Of a stretch of 64,000 nt of DNA, positions 8,717-19,910 are shown one piece after another. Where the stretch lies: contig OZ250150.1 in the NCBI GenBank assembly GCA_965237675.1, positions 5,408,001 to 5,472,000 on the forward strand, given 5' to 3'. Every line of letters starts with the position of its first letter. The stretch's first letter is position 1. The notes beneath the pieces are model-generated. The model made no database searches. It had not been told where the DNA came from and saw only the letters and a list, made by a program, of their open reading frames with translations. The position numbers were made by a program, and so were the translations under genes. The DNA is from Candidatus Latescibacterota bacterium. Lineage in GTDB: Bacteria; Latescibacterota; UBA2968; GCA-2709665.

Positions 8717-9838
8717 ATGGAAAACTATCGACATTTGCGCCTGCTGTGCGCTGTACTCTGCCTGGTCATGTTGCTCGCAAGCCCCCTTTCCGGACTCTCG
8801 CTGGTTTACAAGGTTCGGAAGGGCGACTCTCTGTGGTCCATTGCCAGGCAGTTCCAGACGAGCATCCGGGAAATCAAGCGAATCAACAAGCTGCGCACAA
8901 ATAACGTCTATCCGGGGCAGGTGCTGCGCGTGGGTCCGCGAATTGTCAAATTTGACGCGCGGAACGGCCCGTACTACTGGCGAAAACCATCAGCGGAAAG
9001 GCAAAGGCATCGGAACTATTCCGAAGCCGCGCGTTCCGCCCCAAGCGTGGATTATCGGCGGGCTCAGACCCTGTTGCGCGCTTTTGACGTCGAGATTCTG
9101 GCCCGGGCCCCCAGGGAGAGGCGGCAGCCGCTCAAAGGCTGGCGGATTGTGCTCGACCCGGGGCACGGGGGGATCGATCCGGGAGCGATCGTTTCCAATA
9201 CAACGGGCAAAAACAGGCGAGTTTACGTCGTTGAAGACGAATATGTATACGATATTGCACTGCGAGTGTACCGGAAGCTACGGCTCCTGGGCGCGGAGGT
9301 GGCATTAACGGTGATCAGTCCCAATCACCTGATTCGGGATAATCTGCGGGCCAGCATTACGTTCGTTCACGAAAAGAACGAAGTCTATAACGATGAGCGG
9401 TACAACCGGAGAAATTCGGATCGGGTGCGACCCAGGAGCGCCAATCTCTCACAGCGCGTTCGGGTTGCGAACCGGTTCTTCAAAAGGGCGCGCAGGGGCA
9501 GGAGTCTGTTTATCTCACTGCACGCAGATAACAACCCCCGACGGTCCAGGGGACCGCTGGCGATCTATCTGAAACGGCGTGGAAAGGTTGACAGGCGTTC
9601 CAGAACTTTCGCCCGCATCATGCGTTCAGCCCTGAACCGTCCGGACCTGCCCGCGAAGGTTCGGGGTCGGAGCCTGGGGGTATTGCGGAATAATCTGGCC
9701 CACGCCGAGATTCTGGTTGAGATTCACAACGTCCACGACAAGAACGACGCCTATCAGCTTCGGTACCATAAGGACAGAGAGCACAACGCGGAGCGGCTCG
9801 TTAACGGAATACTGGCGTATGCCAGGAAACGGCGATGA
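8717..9838 (+). CDS. LysM-domain N-acetylmuramoyl-L-alanine amidase (Amidase_3)
   Basis: Signal peptide; LysM (YKVRKGDSLWSIARQF); Zn motifs DPGHGG, E, SLHAD, LVE. Confidence 0.88.
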   Translation: MENYRHLRLLCAVLCLVMLLASPLSGLSLVYKVRKGDSLWSIARQFQTSIREIKRINKLRTNNVYPGQVLRVGPRIVKFDARNGPYYWRKPSAERQRHRNYSEAARSAPSVDYRRAQTLLRAFDVEILARAPRERRQPLKGWRIVLDPGHGGIDPGAIVSNTTGKNRRVYVVEDEYVYDIALRVYRKLRLLGAEVALTVISPNHLIRDNLRASITFVHEKNEVYNDERYNRRNSDRVRPRSANLSQRVRVANRFFKRARRGRSLFISLHADNNPRRSRGPLAIYLKRRGKVDRRSRTFARIMRSALNRPDLPAKVRGRSLGVLRNNLAHAEILVEIHNVHDKNDAYQLRYHKDREHNAERLVNGILAYARKRR

Positions 9839-9879
9839 GTGCCCGGAAATGGAGCGAGTCCGACGCCTTCAACGGACTG

Positions 9880-12321
9880 CTATCGCGTGAATCCCCTGAT
9901 ACGGAGTGAATTCGAGATAACCGAGACGGAACTCAGGGCCATCGCGCCGGCTGCCACCATGGGCCCACCGAGCGGGTTGAGCAGGCCGAGAGCGGCTACG
10001 GGAATCAGCAGGACGTTGTAGACAAACGCCCAGAACAAGTTCTGGCGGATCGTGCGCATGGTCCGGCCCGATAGGCGGATGGCGGTTTCTATTCCGGACA
10101 GGCTACCGGACATGAGGGTGATGTCCGCGCTTTCCATGGCGACGGCCGTGCCGGTGCCAACGGCAATGCCAACATCGGCGGTCGCCAGGGCAGGCGCGTC
10201 GTTGACGCCATCCCCGACCATGGCCACAAGATGCTCGGTTTGCAGTGCTTTGATGCGGGCGGCTTTCTCTTCGGGCATGACCTCGGCAATGACCTGCGCG
10301 ATGCCCGCCTCTTCCGCGATGGCTCCGGCGGTTCTTGCGTTGTCTCCCGTGAGGAGGATGACGTCCAGGTCCAGTGACTTGAGATCGGACACGGCGCCGA
10401 CGACATCCGGCTTCAGGATGTCCGCGACGCCGATGAGACCCTCCACGTTGTTGTCTATGGCGACAAACAGGACCGTTTTGCCGCTGGCTTCAAGACGCGC
10501 CGCCCGCGCATCCAGGTCATTAGATACCGTTGTCTGGCTTTCCATCAGTCGCCGGTTGCCAAGAAGGATGGTGCGACCGGCCTTTTTTGCGCGTACGCCC
10601 TGACCTGGCAGGGCTTCGAATTCCATGGAGTCTCCAATTGACCGCCCGGAATTCCGGGCCGCGTTTCGGATCGCCTCTCCCAGGGGGTGTTCGGAACCCT
10701 GTTCGACGGCCGCAGCCAATTGGAGCAGTTCCGGCTCCGTGTACGCACCCGCGGTGATGAGATCCGTAACGGCGGGTCGGCCGGTTGTGAGGGTGCCGGT
10801 TTTGTCCAGGACAATCGTGTCGAGCCGGTGGACGGTTTCAAGGACGGCGCCGCCCTTGATAAGGATCCCCAATTCAGCCGCCCGGCCGGTGCCGACCAGT
10901 ATGGCCGTGGGTGTGGCCAGCCCGAGTGCGCACGGACATGCGATAATGAGAACCGCTACGGCATTGAGCAGCGCGATGGGGGCGCCGGCCTCAGGCCCGT
11001 TGACCCACCAGAGGGCGAATGTAAGGAGGGAAACTCCGAAGACCACCGGCACAAAGATACCGGCAACGCGGTCTGCAAGGCGCTGGACGGGCGCGCGCGA
11101 GCCCTGGGCTTCGCGCACCATCCGGACGATCCGGGCATGCACCGTCTCGGCGCCAACCTGTAAAGCTTCAAAGGTGAAACTCCCGGTCTTGTTGAGGGTT
11201 GCCCCCAGAACCTGGCTCCCGGTACCCTTTTCAACGGGCATGCTTTCACCGGTAATCGCGGATTCGTCGACGCTCGATTGCCCCTCCCGTACAACGCCGT
11301 CCACCGGAATTCTGCCCCCCGGCCGAATGCGAATGAGGTCGCCTGCGATGACATCGTCTACAGGAACCAGCGATTCTTTGTCATCGCGAATCACGCAGGC
11401 GGTCTGCGGGCGAAGATCCATCAATTTTCGGATCGCTTCGGTGGTGCGGCTCCTGGACCGGATTTCCAGCAACCGGCCCAGAAGGATGAGGGTGACAATC
11501 ATGGCAGCCGTGTCGAAGTAGACGTTAACGGGCTGGCCCCCTTCGGAGACAGACTGGGGAAAGAAAACGCCAGCGACGCTGTATCCATAGGCCGCAAGCG
11601 TACCCACGGCAATGAGGCTGTTCATGTCGGCAGCCCCGTGACGCAGGCCGATCCAGAACCCTCTGAGAAAACGCCAGCCACACCAGAATTGCACGGGAGT
11701 CGCCAGGAGGAAGAGAAGCAGGTGAACCTCCTGCGTGGCGAACGGTCCGGCGTGGGTTTTGTGCAGCATGCCCACGCTCATCAGGAGCGTTGACAGCACG
11801 GCCGCAACGATGAAACGAACGCGCACCGAACGGCGTTCCGACCTTTGTTCCGTGGGTTCGCCGTTGTCCTCGATCGGATCTTTTTCGGCGACCATTGCGC
11901 CGTACCCGGCATCGGTCACCGCCCGTGTCAGCAGGGACGCGTCGACATGGAGATGGCGCACGGTGGCCTGGCGGGTCGCAAGGTTGACCGCGGCATCGAG
12001 AACGCCGGGAACGCCGGTTAATGCATTTTCGATACGGGAGACGCAGGCGGCGCAGGTCATGTCGCGAATGGCAAGCTTCGTTTCTTCGGTACGCAGTCCG
12101 TAGCCGAGGCTCTCGATTCTCCCAACCAGCTGGTGCACGACGGCCCGATCGGACTCGATCAGCACGGTGGCCTCCTCCGTCGCAAAGTTGACGACCGCTT
12201 CGCTGACGCCGCCCATCTGCTGCAATTCCCCCTGGATCCGTGCCGCACAGGCGGCACAACTCATGCCGGTGACGGGCACGGTCAGGCGGACCTTTCTATT
12301 CGACTCGAGAATTCGGGACAT
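9880..12321 (-). CDS. copA: Cu(+)-translocating P1B-type ATPase
   Basis: Two HMA domains (MSCAAC, MTCAAC), TGES, CPC, DKTGT, SEHP, GDGVND, YN, MxxSS; start re-placed at MSRILES. Confidence 0.93.
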   Translation of the reverse strand: MSRILESNRKVRLTVPVTGMSCAACAARIQGELQQMGGVSEAVVNFATEEATVLIESDRAVVHQLVGRIESLGYGLRTEETKLAIRDMTCAACVSRIENALTGVPGVLDAAVNLATRQATVRHLHVDASLLTRAVTDAGYGAMVAEKDPIEDNGEPTEQRSERRSVRVRFIVAAVLSTLLMSVGMLHKTHAGPFATQEVHLLLFLLATPVQFWCGWRFLRGFWIGLRHGAADMNSLIAVGTLAAYGYSVAGVFFPQSVSEGGQPVNVYFDTAAMIVTLILLGRLLEIRSRSRTTEAIRKLMDLRPQTACVIRDDKESLVPVDDVIAGDLIRIRPGGRIPVDGVVREGQSSVDESAITGESMPVEKGTGSQVLGATLNKTGSFTFEALQVGAETVHARIVRMVREAQGSRAPVQRLADRVAGIFVPVVFGVSLLTFALWWVNGPEAGAPIALLNAVAVLIIACPCALGLATPTAILVGTGRAAELGILIKGGAVLETVHRLDTIVLDKTGTLTTGRPAVTDLITAGAYTEPELLQLAAAVEQGSEHPLGEAIRNAARNSGRSIGDSMEFEALPGQGVRAKKAGRTILLGNRRLMESQTTVSNDLDARAARLEASGKTVLFVAIDNNVEGLIGVADILKPDVVGAVSDLKSLDLDVILLTGDNARTAGAIAEEAGIAQVIAEVMPEEKAARIKALQTEHLVAMVGDGVNDAPALATADVGIAVGTGTAVAMESADITLMSGSLSGIETAIRLSGRTMRTIRQNLFWAFVYNVLLIPVAALGLLNPLGGPMVAAGAMALSSVSVISNSLRIRGFTR

Positions 12322-12364
12322 GTTTTTACCGGCCCTGGTCCTTCTGATAACGTGGAAAGGGCTT

Positions 12365-13396
12365 TCAGAAAATCGTTCCACGGGCATGGCGAGGTGAAAA
12401 ATGGTCGAATCCGTGCGCCGCCAGCTCCATCCTCGCACCCTTCGCGTCTTCCAGATAAATGCGTCCGTCTCCAGCCTCGATTCGACCGATCCGGATAACC
12501 CCCGACTCGCCCGCGAGGGCCTGGATGTCATTTCTCCGTCCGGGCGCCACCGTGAACAGCAGTTCGTAATCCTCTCCACCTGAAATCGCCAGATCCCGGG
12601 TTCCGATATCCGCAAGTGCACAGAATCGCCGGAGCGCCGGTGAAACAGGTATCGTCGTTTCGCCGATCACCGCGGAGACCCCGCTCTGCCTGCAAATGTG
12701 CCGCAAGTCGGAACCCATCCCGTCCGAAAGATCCAGCATCGCGGTCACGTCGCCCGACGCCGACAGCACCTGGCCCAACGCCACCCGGGGCTCCGGCCGG
12801 TGGTGCCTGCCCAGGAGAAACTCACGGTCTTCCCTCGAAAGCCCGACCGTATTCCCCAACGCCAGTTCCAATCCGGCCGCGGAATCCCCGAGGGTGCCCG
12901 ACACGTAGATCAGGTCGCCGGGGCGTGCGCCCGACCGGTAGCACACCCGGTCCTGATCCATCTCGCCGGTCAGCGTCAGATTCATCACCAGCGGCCCGGT
13001 ACTCCGCGTTGTGTCGCCCCCCACGACGTTCACGCCGAAACGGGTCGCGCACGCGCGCAATCCATCGTATACGCGTTCCATATAGCCAACGTCGAAGTCG
13101 GGGGAAACCGCCACGGAAACCAGCGCCTCTCGAGGTTCCCCGCCCATCGCCGCGATATCCGACAGGTTCACTGCCAGCAGCTTGTGCCCGAGCCACCGGG
13201 CATCGGAAGCCTCAACCACAAAATGCACGCCTTCCACCATCAGATCAGACGTAATGAGCCGCACCCGATCGTTTCCGCGCCCCAATACTGCGCAGTCATC
13301 CCCAATCCCACACACCACGTCAGCGGACCCCTCCAATCCGGCGGCCGCGATCCGCTCGATAAATTCAAATTCACCCAATTCCCGAAATGTCGTCAC
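12365..13396 (-). CDS. thiL: Thiamine-monophosphate kinase
   Basis: [43 protein letters not shown]. Confidence 0.95.
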   Translation of the reverse strand: MTTFRELGEFEFIERIAAAGLEGSADVVCGIGDDCAVLGRGNDRVRLITSDLMVEGVHFVVEASDARWLGHKLLAVNLSDIAAMGGEPREALVSVAVSPDFDVGYMERVYDGLRACATRFGVNVVGGDTTRSTGPLVMNLTLTGEMDQDRVCYRSGARPGDLIYVSGTLGDSAAGLELALGNTVGLSREDREFLLGRHHRPEPRVALGQVLSASGDVTAMLDLSDGMGSDLRHICRQSGVSAVIGETTIPVSPALRRFCALADIGTRDLAISGGEDYELLFTVAPGRRNDIQALAGESGVIRIGRIEAGDGRIYLEDAKGARMELAAHGFDHFSPRHARGTIF

Positions 13397-13474
13397 GGGA
13401 TTCTCCCCGGGAAACAGCAGCCGGCTTGCGCGCCCTGGGAGCGGCAACGAAATCCGGACCGCAGGTGGAAGGTC

Positions 13475-14242
13475 TCACCCTTGCCGCTCACGTCGTCGCT
13501 GCCAGGCCACCACCTCCGCATAGGGCACGTCTCCACCGAAAATATCCAGCGCGCTGCCGATCGTCAGTCCCACGCGCCCCATCCCCAGTTTCTCGACGCG
13601 GTCCAGGTCTTCCAGGCGCCTCACGCCGCCTGCGTACGTCACGTCTATTGGCGACTCGGCGCCCAGCAATTCCACCAGCGAATCTTCAATCCCCGTCCGT
13701 CTACCCTCTACGTCCACCCCGTGCACCAGGAACCCATCGCAGAATTCCGAAAGCCAGTTCAGCGTTGGCGCGTTCACCTGAACGCGGGTAAACTTCCGCC
13801 ACAGATCGGTCACCACTAGATACGCACCTCCGCGCCTCCGGCAGCTCAGATCCAGCACCAGACGCTCCCGATCGACGGAACGGACCATCCGGTCCAGCCG
13901 TTCGGTATCCACCCGTCCATCCCGAAACACATACGATGTGACGATCACGTGGCTGGCACCGGCATCCAGATATCGGTGCGCGTTTACGGGCCCGATACCG
14001 CCTCCCACACGGAGACCGCCGGGATAGGCGGACAGCGCGGACAGCGCGGCCGTCTCATTGCCCGGGCCCAGCATGATAACGTGCCCTGCCGGCAGGATGT
14101 CCGCCCTGTACATCCTCGCGTAGTCGGCCGGGAGCCGGCCTGTCTCGAAGTTCGTCGCCGGCGTGGCGCCGTCGCGTAGAGACCCGCCAACAATTTGGAC
14201 CACGCGCCCGCCACGCAGATCGATACACGGCCTGAAATTCAC
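13475..14242 (-). CDS. hisA: ProFAR isomerase, eukaryotic (His6)-type HisA
   Basis: FRPCIDLRGGRVVQIVGG, HVIMLG, ASHVIVTSYVF, LVLDLSCR, TIGSALDIFGG; GTG start after AAGGAG. Confidence 0.9.
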   Translation of the reverse strand: MNFRPCIDLRGGRVVQIVGGSLRDGATPATNFETGRLPADYARMYRADILPAGHVIMLGPGNETAALSALSAYPGGLRVGGGIGPVNAHRYLDAGASHVIVTSYVFRDGRVDTERLDRMVRSVDRERLVLDLSCRRRGGAYLVVTDLWRKFTRVQVNAPTLNWLSEFCDGFLVHGVDVEGRRTGIEDSLVELLGAESPIDVTYAGGVRRLEDLDRVEKLGMGRVGLTIGSALDIFGGDVPYAEVVAWQRRRERQG

Positions 14243-14421
14243 GGATGCTCCTTGCAGCGGCCAGAGAATTACGGTTTCGCACCGAAAAAAGTAAGGCCGG
14301 AACCGTCGATGCGAAAGGCATCCTGGCGGCCGCCATTTTGTCCACCGGGACTGAAAATCAACCCTCCCAATATAACGTACAACACTAACCACTTCAACCC
14401 TGGTCCATCCGCGACATGGAC

Positions 14422-14452
14422 AAAAAAAGACCGGAGGGCGCCACCTCCGGCC
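14422..14452 (-). terminator. Rho-independent terminator after the RND gene
   Basis: GGCCGGAGG-tggcgc-CCTCCGGTC followed by T7 on the minus strand. Confidence 0.75.
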
Positions 14453-14522
14453 TTGAAATCGTCCGGGAAAAACCGATACAATGACCACCCTTCGAACGGT
14501 CCCCCGGCGAACTGCTCCTCAA

Positions 14523-17500
14523 TCAGTCGTCCGCCGATTGATCGTAGGCGGCCTGCCGGAAGAACGTGGCTCTTACAATCCTCTGCAAAAACGTCCGCAG
14601 ATCGTCCAGCAGCGTATAGAATATCGGCACAAGCAGCAGGGTCAGAAACGTGGAGACAAACAACCCGCCCATCAGGGTTCGACCGAGCGGCGAATAGGGA
14701 ATCCCGATTAGATTGGTATTGCCCAACGCCATTGGCACCAGACCGAACACCGTGGTAAACGTGGTCATCAGAATGGGCCGGAACCGATTGTGACCGGCCT
14801 CGAGAATCGCCTCGGTCCGCCCCATGCCCTCCACGCGCAACCGGTTAATCATATCCACCAGCACAATAGCGTTGTTGACCACGACTCCGATCAGTACGAT
14901 CATACCGATGTTGGCCATCATGTCCATCGGCGTACCGGTCAGGTAGAGCGTCCAGTAAACCCCCAGAAACGAAAACGGAATGGAAAACAACACCGAAAAC
15001 GGAAGAATCACAGACTCGAACAACACCCCCATCAGCAGAAAGACGCACGTAACGGCCATCACCACCGCAAACATTGTCTCATCGCCGGACTCGCGGAATC
15101 TTGTGAATCGTTCTCCTTTGTTCCACGAATATCCCCGCGGCATCCCGAATCCCTCCATCGCCCGATCGATATCGGCGTAGAGACTCTTTAAATCGTCCTT
15201 GGTCGTAAACACCTTCACCCGCAGACGGGTCTTGCCGTCTTCACGTCGAATTCTCCCGCGACCCCGCGTTACCTTGACGCTTGCCAGTTCGGAGAGCGGA
15301 ATCTCTTCTCCCGACGCCGATCTGAACATAAACCCCTTGAGGTGATGAAGGGTCTGCCGATCCGCCTCTTCGAGGTATAGGCGGGTATCCACCTCCCGCT
15401 CTCCGGTCTGGAACCTGGGCAGGCTCACACCCTGCATCGAAAAAGCGAGCGTGCGGGCGACAACCTGCGGAGAAATCCCGTAACGTCTCGCCCGCTCCCG
15501 GTTGATATGGACCTGCGCCTCGTCGCTGGAACGTTCCAGGTCGGAATCCACGCTCACCGCGGAGGGTATCGCCCCCAGCCGGCGCTCGACTTCCGTGACG
15601 AGTCCGGCCAGAACTTCGGTGTCGTCTCCGTAGAGATACACCGAAACCGAAGGATCGCCGCCCCCGCTGCCACGGCTCTCCACGCCGATCCGCACGCCCA
15701 CGTACTTGGGGATGTTATGTTTCAGGTCCTTTATGACCTCGGTGCGGGCCATCGTTTTATCCACCGGAACCCCCAGACCCGACCTCAGGTTCTTGTACGC
15801 GACATACCACCACGCTTCGTTGGGATTCGTATCCAGGTAGATCTCGAAATTTCCCCGGGTCTTTCGGAACCAGGACCGGACGGTTCTGATGCCGTACACT
15901 TCCCGCTTCGAGTTCAGAAAATCCTCAACCTCGTTCATCAATTCAAAGGTCTCAATCGTTGAAAAGTCGCGGGGCGTTCGAACATAGATATCGATATCGT
16001 TGATGTTTCCACGGGAAGAATCCGAGCGTTTCATGTTGTTTGACGGAATCAAAATGGTCGCGAACAGCGCCAGCAAAACCAATATCGCGTCGCGCCGGTG
16101 ACTCAGTGCCCATTTCAACGCGCGGCCGTAAACCCTCCGAGCCCACCCGATCGACTTCGAGTCCGGCTTCACCCGACTGCCCCCGAACCGCACCGAGGCA
16201 AGCGGGATGATCAGCAGGGCCACAAACAACGATCCCACCAGCATCACGATTACGGGGACACCCATTCTGGACAGATAGAACGTCATCCCCACATTGCCGG
16301 TCATCAGCATCAGCGGCAAAAAGACCACAACCGTGGTCAGCGTCGCCATGGATATCGCCATGGCGACTTCGCTGGCGCCCACGACGGCCGCCTGCTTAGG
16401 CGGCTCACCCTTCTCTCGCCACCGATATATATTCTCCAGAATCACGACCGCATTGTCCACAACCATACCCACACCCACCATCAGACCCATCATCGTCATG
16501 ATATTCAGGGACCACCCCGCGAAATAGAGCACCGTAAGGGTCATCATCGCGCACAACGGGATCGACAGCGTAATGATGGCCGTCATTCTGATGACCCGCA
16601 GGAAGAACAGCAGAATCAGGGCGGCAAACAACCCGCCCCAGAGTCCCGTATTCCTCAAATTGGCAACGGACTGGCGGATAAATTGGCCCTGGTTGAAAAA
16701 CACGTTGAACCGCACTTTTCCGGCCGCGCCCGACGCGGTCTCGATCTCCCCCAGAGCTGCCGACACACGTTCGCATACTGTGGCGATGTCGGCTCCCGAC
16801 TCGGCCTTGATCCCGATCGAAGAGGCCGGCTGCCCATCGATTCTCTGATACCAGCTTCGAGCCGGGATATCGTATACGACGTCGGCCACCTCCCGCAACC
16901 TCACACCCCCCTCGCGGGTATCGAGCGGGATATTGCGGATTTCGTCCAGACTGCGGTATCGCGCCAGAGACCTGACGTAGAATTTCGTGTCTCCCTCGTT
17001 CACGTAACCGCTCTTAAGCGCAAAATTGTCGTTCTGCAGACTCTGAACCATCTCATAGACGTTCACGCCGCGCGCCTGCAGTTGCTCCCGATTGATCTCG
17101 ATCATCACCTCTTTAGGGTCCGCACCCCAGAGTTCCACCCTGGCCACCCCTTCGATTCGTTCCAGGGGTCGTTGCACATGGGTTTCCAGAAAACCGTATA
17201 CGTCGGTAATTGTGGAATCCAGGGCCGCTCCGAACCACATAATTGGCCGGTCTTCGTCGTTGTATTTCCACACGAAAACACGATCTCGCACCTCGTCGGG
17301 AAGTTCCGGTTTAAGCCGGTCCAGCTGATCCCTCAACTGGTTGTACGCCAGAGTCATGTCGGCATCCTGCTGAAACCGAAGCGGGGCGCCGACCCCACGG
17401 CTGTCCGTGTACGTCCGGACCTGTTTGATTCCCCTGATCGTCCGCAACCGCTCCTCCAGGGGGCGTGTAATCTGTTGCTCGACCTCTTGAGGCGTGGCAT

Positions 17501-17681
17501 TTGAGCCGGGATACCGGACGCTCAACCACAAAAAGGGCGGATCAAATCCGGCGGGCATCATCTTCACTGCGATCCGGGAATACGCCACCGCACCCATCAC
17601 GAGCAGAGCCGCCAGACACACCGTTATCGTCACCGGACGATTGACGGAAATGCGTGACAGAAGGGAAGATCTGTTGTTCAT
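14523..17681 (-). CDS. Efflux RND transporter permease (AcrB/AcrD/AcrF family)
   Basis: 1052 aa; two TM blocks; GMVVDNAVVILENI; GVVVNNAIVLVD; RFRPILMTT. Confidence 0.93.
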   Translation of the reverse strand: MNNRSSLLSRISVNRPVTITVCLAALLVMGAVAYSRIAVKMMPAGFDPPFLWLSVRYPGSNATPQEVEQQITRPLEERLRTIRGIKQVRTYTDSRGVGAPLRFQQDADMTLAYNQLRDQLDRLKPELPDEVRDRVFVWKYNDEDRPIMWFGAALDSTITDVYGFLETHVQRPLERIEGVARVELWGADPKEVMIEINREQLQARGVNVYEMVQSLQNDNFALKSGYVNEGDTKFYVRSLARYRSLDEIRNIPLDTREGGVRLREVADVVYDIPARSWYQRIDGQPASSIGIKAESGADIATVCERVSAALGEIETASGAAGKVRFNVFFNQGQFIRQSVANLRNTGLWGGLFAALILLFFLRVIRMTAIITLSIPLCAMMTLTVLYFAGWSLNIMTMMGLMVGVGMVVDNAVVILENIYRWREKGEPPKQAAVVGASEVAMAISMATLTTVVVFLPLMLMTGNVGMTFYLSRMGVPVIVMLVGSLFVALLIIPLASVRFGGSRVKPDSKSIGWARRVYGRALKWALSHRRDAILVLLALFATILIPSNNMKRSDSSRGNINDIDIYVRTPRDFSTIETFELMNEVEDFLNSKREVYGIRTVRSWFRKTRGNFEIYLDTNPNEAWWYVAYKNLRSGLGVPVDKTMARTEVIKDLKHNIPKYVGVRIGVESRGSGGGDPSVSVYLYGDDTEVLAGLVTEVERRLGAIPSAVSVDSDLERSSDEAQVHINRERARRYGISPQVVARTLAFSMQGVSLPRFQTGEREVDTRLYLEEADRQTLHHLKGFMFRSASGEEIPLSELASVKVTRGRGRIRREDGKTRLRVKVFTTKDDLKSLYADIDRAMEGFGMPRGYSWNKGERFTRFRESGDETMFAVVMAVTCVFLLMGVLFESVILPFSVLFSIPFSFLGVYWTLYLTGTPMDMMANIGMIVLIGVVVNNAIVLVDMINRLRVEGMGRTEAILEAGHNRFRPILMTTFTTVFGLVPMALGNTNLIGIPYSPLGRTLMGGLFVSTFLTLLLVPIFYTLLDDLRTFLQRIVRATFFRQAAYDQSADD

Positions 17682-17703
17682 TGAGAAGATGCTCCGTTGA
17701 CCC

Positions 17704-17725
17704 CTTGTGTCCTGTCCCGGAAATA
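17704..17725 (+). repeat. Solo terminal-repeat copy of the MITE-like family
   Basis: CTTGTGTCCTGTCCCGGAAATA matches the ends of the 30236-30402 element. Confidence 0.65.
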
Positions 17726-17923
17726 GATTACCGCACTATCCAATTGTGACGGCCGATACAACCCCTGACCATAGGACGCGCCTACCCCCTATATGATTCA
17801 GCCCTACCGTCGAAAATATCGGTGTGCCGGTGAAAATCGAGCACGCGTTCGAATACTGACCACGGATCCGGCGGGCGCAAAATGGTACAGGGGGGAGGTT
17901 GACCCATCCCCTCGTGCGAAGGG

Positions 17924-18274
17924 TTACAGATGGGACCTTCCCGCGACGCGGCGCAACGCCTTCTTACGCGACACGCTGCGTTTCTGTTCCAGGCGTCTCG
18001 CCCTGGACGCACGCGAGGGTCTGGTGGGAATGCGGGACTTGCCTGTGTGGTTCAACCCGATGAGTTTCTGCCGGAGACGCTGGAGGGCAAGGTCCTTGTT
18101 GCGGCCCTGAAGGCGATGTTCGGACGCAACGACCATGATACCGGTGGGAATGTGTACCAGCCTGACTGCGCTTTCGACCTTGTTGCGGTGCTGGCCGCCC
18201 GGGCCCCCGCCGCGAAAGGGGTGAAATCGCACTTCCTTCAGGAGGGCTTCAGGATTGGTGTTATAGGGAGACAT
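17924..18274 (-). CDS. Minimal peptide-chain release factor homolog (RF-1 domain; ArfB/C12orf65-like)
   Basis: GGPGGQHRNKVESAVRLVH; basic C-terminal tail RIPTRPSRASRARRLEQKR. Confidence 0.88.
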   Translation of the reverse strand: MSPYNTNPEALLKEVRFHPFRGGGPGGQHRNKVESAVRLVHIPTGIMVVASEHRLQGRNKDLALQRLRQKLIGLNHTGKSRIPTRPSRASRARRLEQKRSVSRKKALRRVAGRSHL

Positions 18275-18348
18275 GTCGGAATTCGGAGCCGTCTTTGCCC
18301 GCCCGGTTTCTTGAAACAGGCCCGGATGCCAGATCCTGAGACCCGCCT

Positions 18349-19575
18349 CTATAGCAGCCCGGCTCGGCGGAGGGCGTCGGCCATGATGCTTTCAGATTTG
18401 TTATCGGACGTGTTTTCCTTGGTCTTGAACGTTTCGATTTCTTTGACTTCAACCGCTTTCTTTTCTTCTTCCTGCACGTCGCGTATGGAAAGGGAGATGC
18501 GTTTTTTCTCGCGGTCGATTTTCCGGATTCGGGCGCGAACTTCCTGTCCGACCGAAACGGCGTCGGCGGGCCGCGCCACGCGGCTTCGGGCGAGTTGGGA
18601 GACGTGAACCAGGCCTTCCACACCCGGAGCGACTTCGACAAAGGCGCCGAATTGCTGAACGGAGACGACTTTCCCGGTGATGACCTCCCCCTCCTGAACT
18701 TTTTCGATCACACCGTCCCAGGGGTCGGGCAGGAGGGCTTTTATGGAGAGCGAGATCCGTTCCTTGTCTCCACCCAGGTCTTTGAGTTCGAGAATCTTCA
18801 CGTTGACTTCGTCTCCGGACCGGAGTACGTCTTTCGGATGTCCGACCCGGTTGTGGGCGATTTCAGATATGTGGACCAGCCCCTCCACACCGCCGAGATC
18901 GACAAAGACGCCGAATCGCTCCAGTCGGGTGATCTTGCCTGTGACCTCGGCGCCCTCGAGGAGTTTTTCGCGCAGTTCGTTTGCACGGCGTGCGGCCTCG
19001 GCTTCGAGATGGGCGCGACGCGAAAGCACAATGTTGCGGCCCCGACCTCGGAATTCGACAACTATGAACGTATGGGTCTGGCCGGCGTAGGAGGCCAGGT
19101 CTTTGCTGTAACCCGTATCGATCTGGGAAACCGGACAGAAAGCCCGCCGGCCGCCGAGGTTGACAACCAGACCGCCGGAGTTGAACCCGGTCACCCGCCC
19201 GTCGACAGGTATCTTGTTTTCGTAGGCCTGACGCAATATCTGAATGTTGCCCGTGCGCCGGGACAGGGTCAATCGGACTTCGTTTTCCACCGATGCGACA
19301 AAGGCTTCGATGTTATCGCCAACCTGGCAGGAGACCTCACCGTGTTCGTCTCTGAGTTCCTGGATGTCGACAACGGCCTCGCTCCGGCCTCCGTAGTCTA
19401 TAAACACAGAGGTGTCATCGATGGTCTGGATGCGACCCGAGAGCCGCTGGCCCAACGAAAGTATCGGCTCGGGCGCCTGATCGGGTTCTCGGTCGAGCAT
19501 CGCGGCAAATTCGTCGCTGGAACGGTCCGCAACGTATTCGGCGTCCATTTCATGCACATTTCGAGGTTCGGTCAT
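18349..19575 (-). CDS. 30S ribosomal protein S1-like protein (four S1 domains; likely paralog)
   Basis: Repeated S1 motifs ([42 protein letters not shown]); 408 aa. Confidence 0.88.
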   Translation of the reverse strand: MTEPRNVHEMDAEYVADRSSDEFAAMLDREPDQAPEPILSLGQRLSGRIQTIDDTSVFIDYGGRSEAVVDIQELRDEHGEVSCQVGDNIEAFVASVENEVRLTLSRRTGNIQILRQAYENKIPVDGRVTGFNSGGLVVNLGGRRAFCPVSQIDTGYSKDLASYAGQTHTFIVVEFRGRGRNIVLSRRAHLEAEAARRANELREKLLEGAEVTGKITRLERFGVFVDLGGVEGLVHISEIAHNRVGHPKDVLRSGDEVNVKILELKDLGGDKERISLSIKALLPDPWDGVIEKVQEGEVITGKVVSVQQFGAFVEVAPGVEGLVHVSQLARSRVARPADAVSVGQEVRARIRKIDREKKRISLSIRDVQEEEKKAVEVKEIETFKTKENTSDNKSESIMADALRRAGLL

Positions 19576-19910
19576 GCGGCTTCTCTAATGCTCCTTTTCC
19601 GGCGATGTTCGCTCAGAATCCCCGCGCTCTCGCCCGGCGCGCACGGCGCGGGAATCTCAGGCCCTCTCTTCCGACGGGACCTTCGGATCGAAACATATAA
19701 AGGTATGAGAAAATTTGAAAGATGCAAGGATTTTTTGGGAATCCGCAATATCGGCGACGGCCGCTCGGCCGCAGGATTTCGGTTTCCACAGGATCCGGTG
19801 TTACGGGTTTCTGAAATCTCGTCGTTGATCGTGTGCGGGCGTTGTCGTATATTTCCTTCGGGATCGCGCATTCGGTGGCCAATGAGGCACTTACGGACAG
19901 GGGATGTGAG

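Noticed and set aside
14243-14420. Possible TPP riboswitch or His attenuator upstream of hisA-thiL
   Set aside because: No TPP core motifs and no His-codon leader peptide are visible
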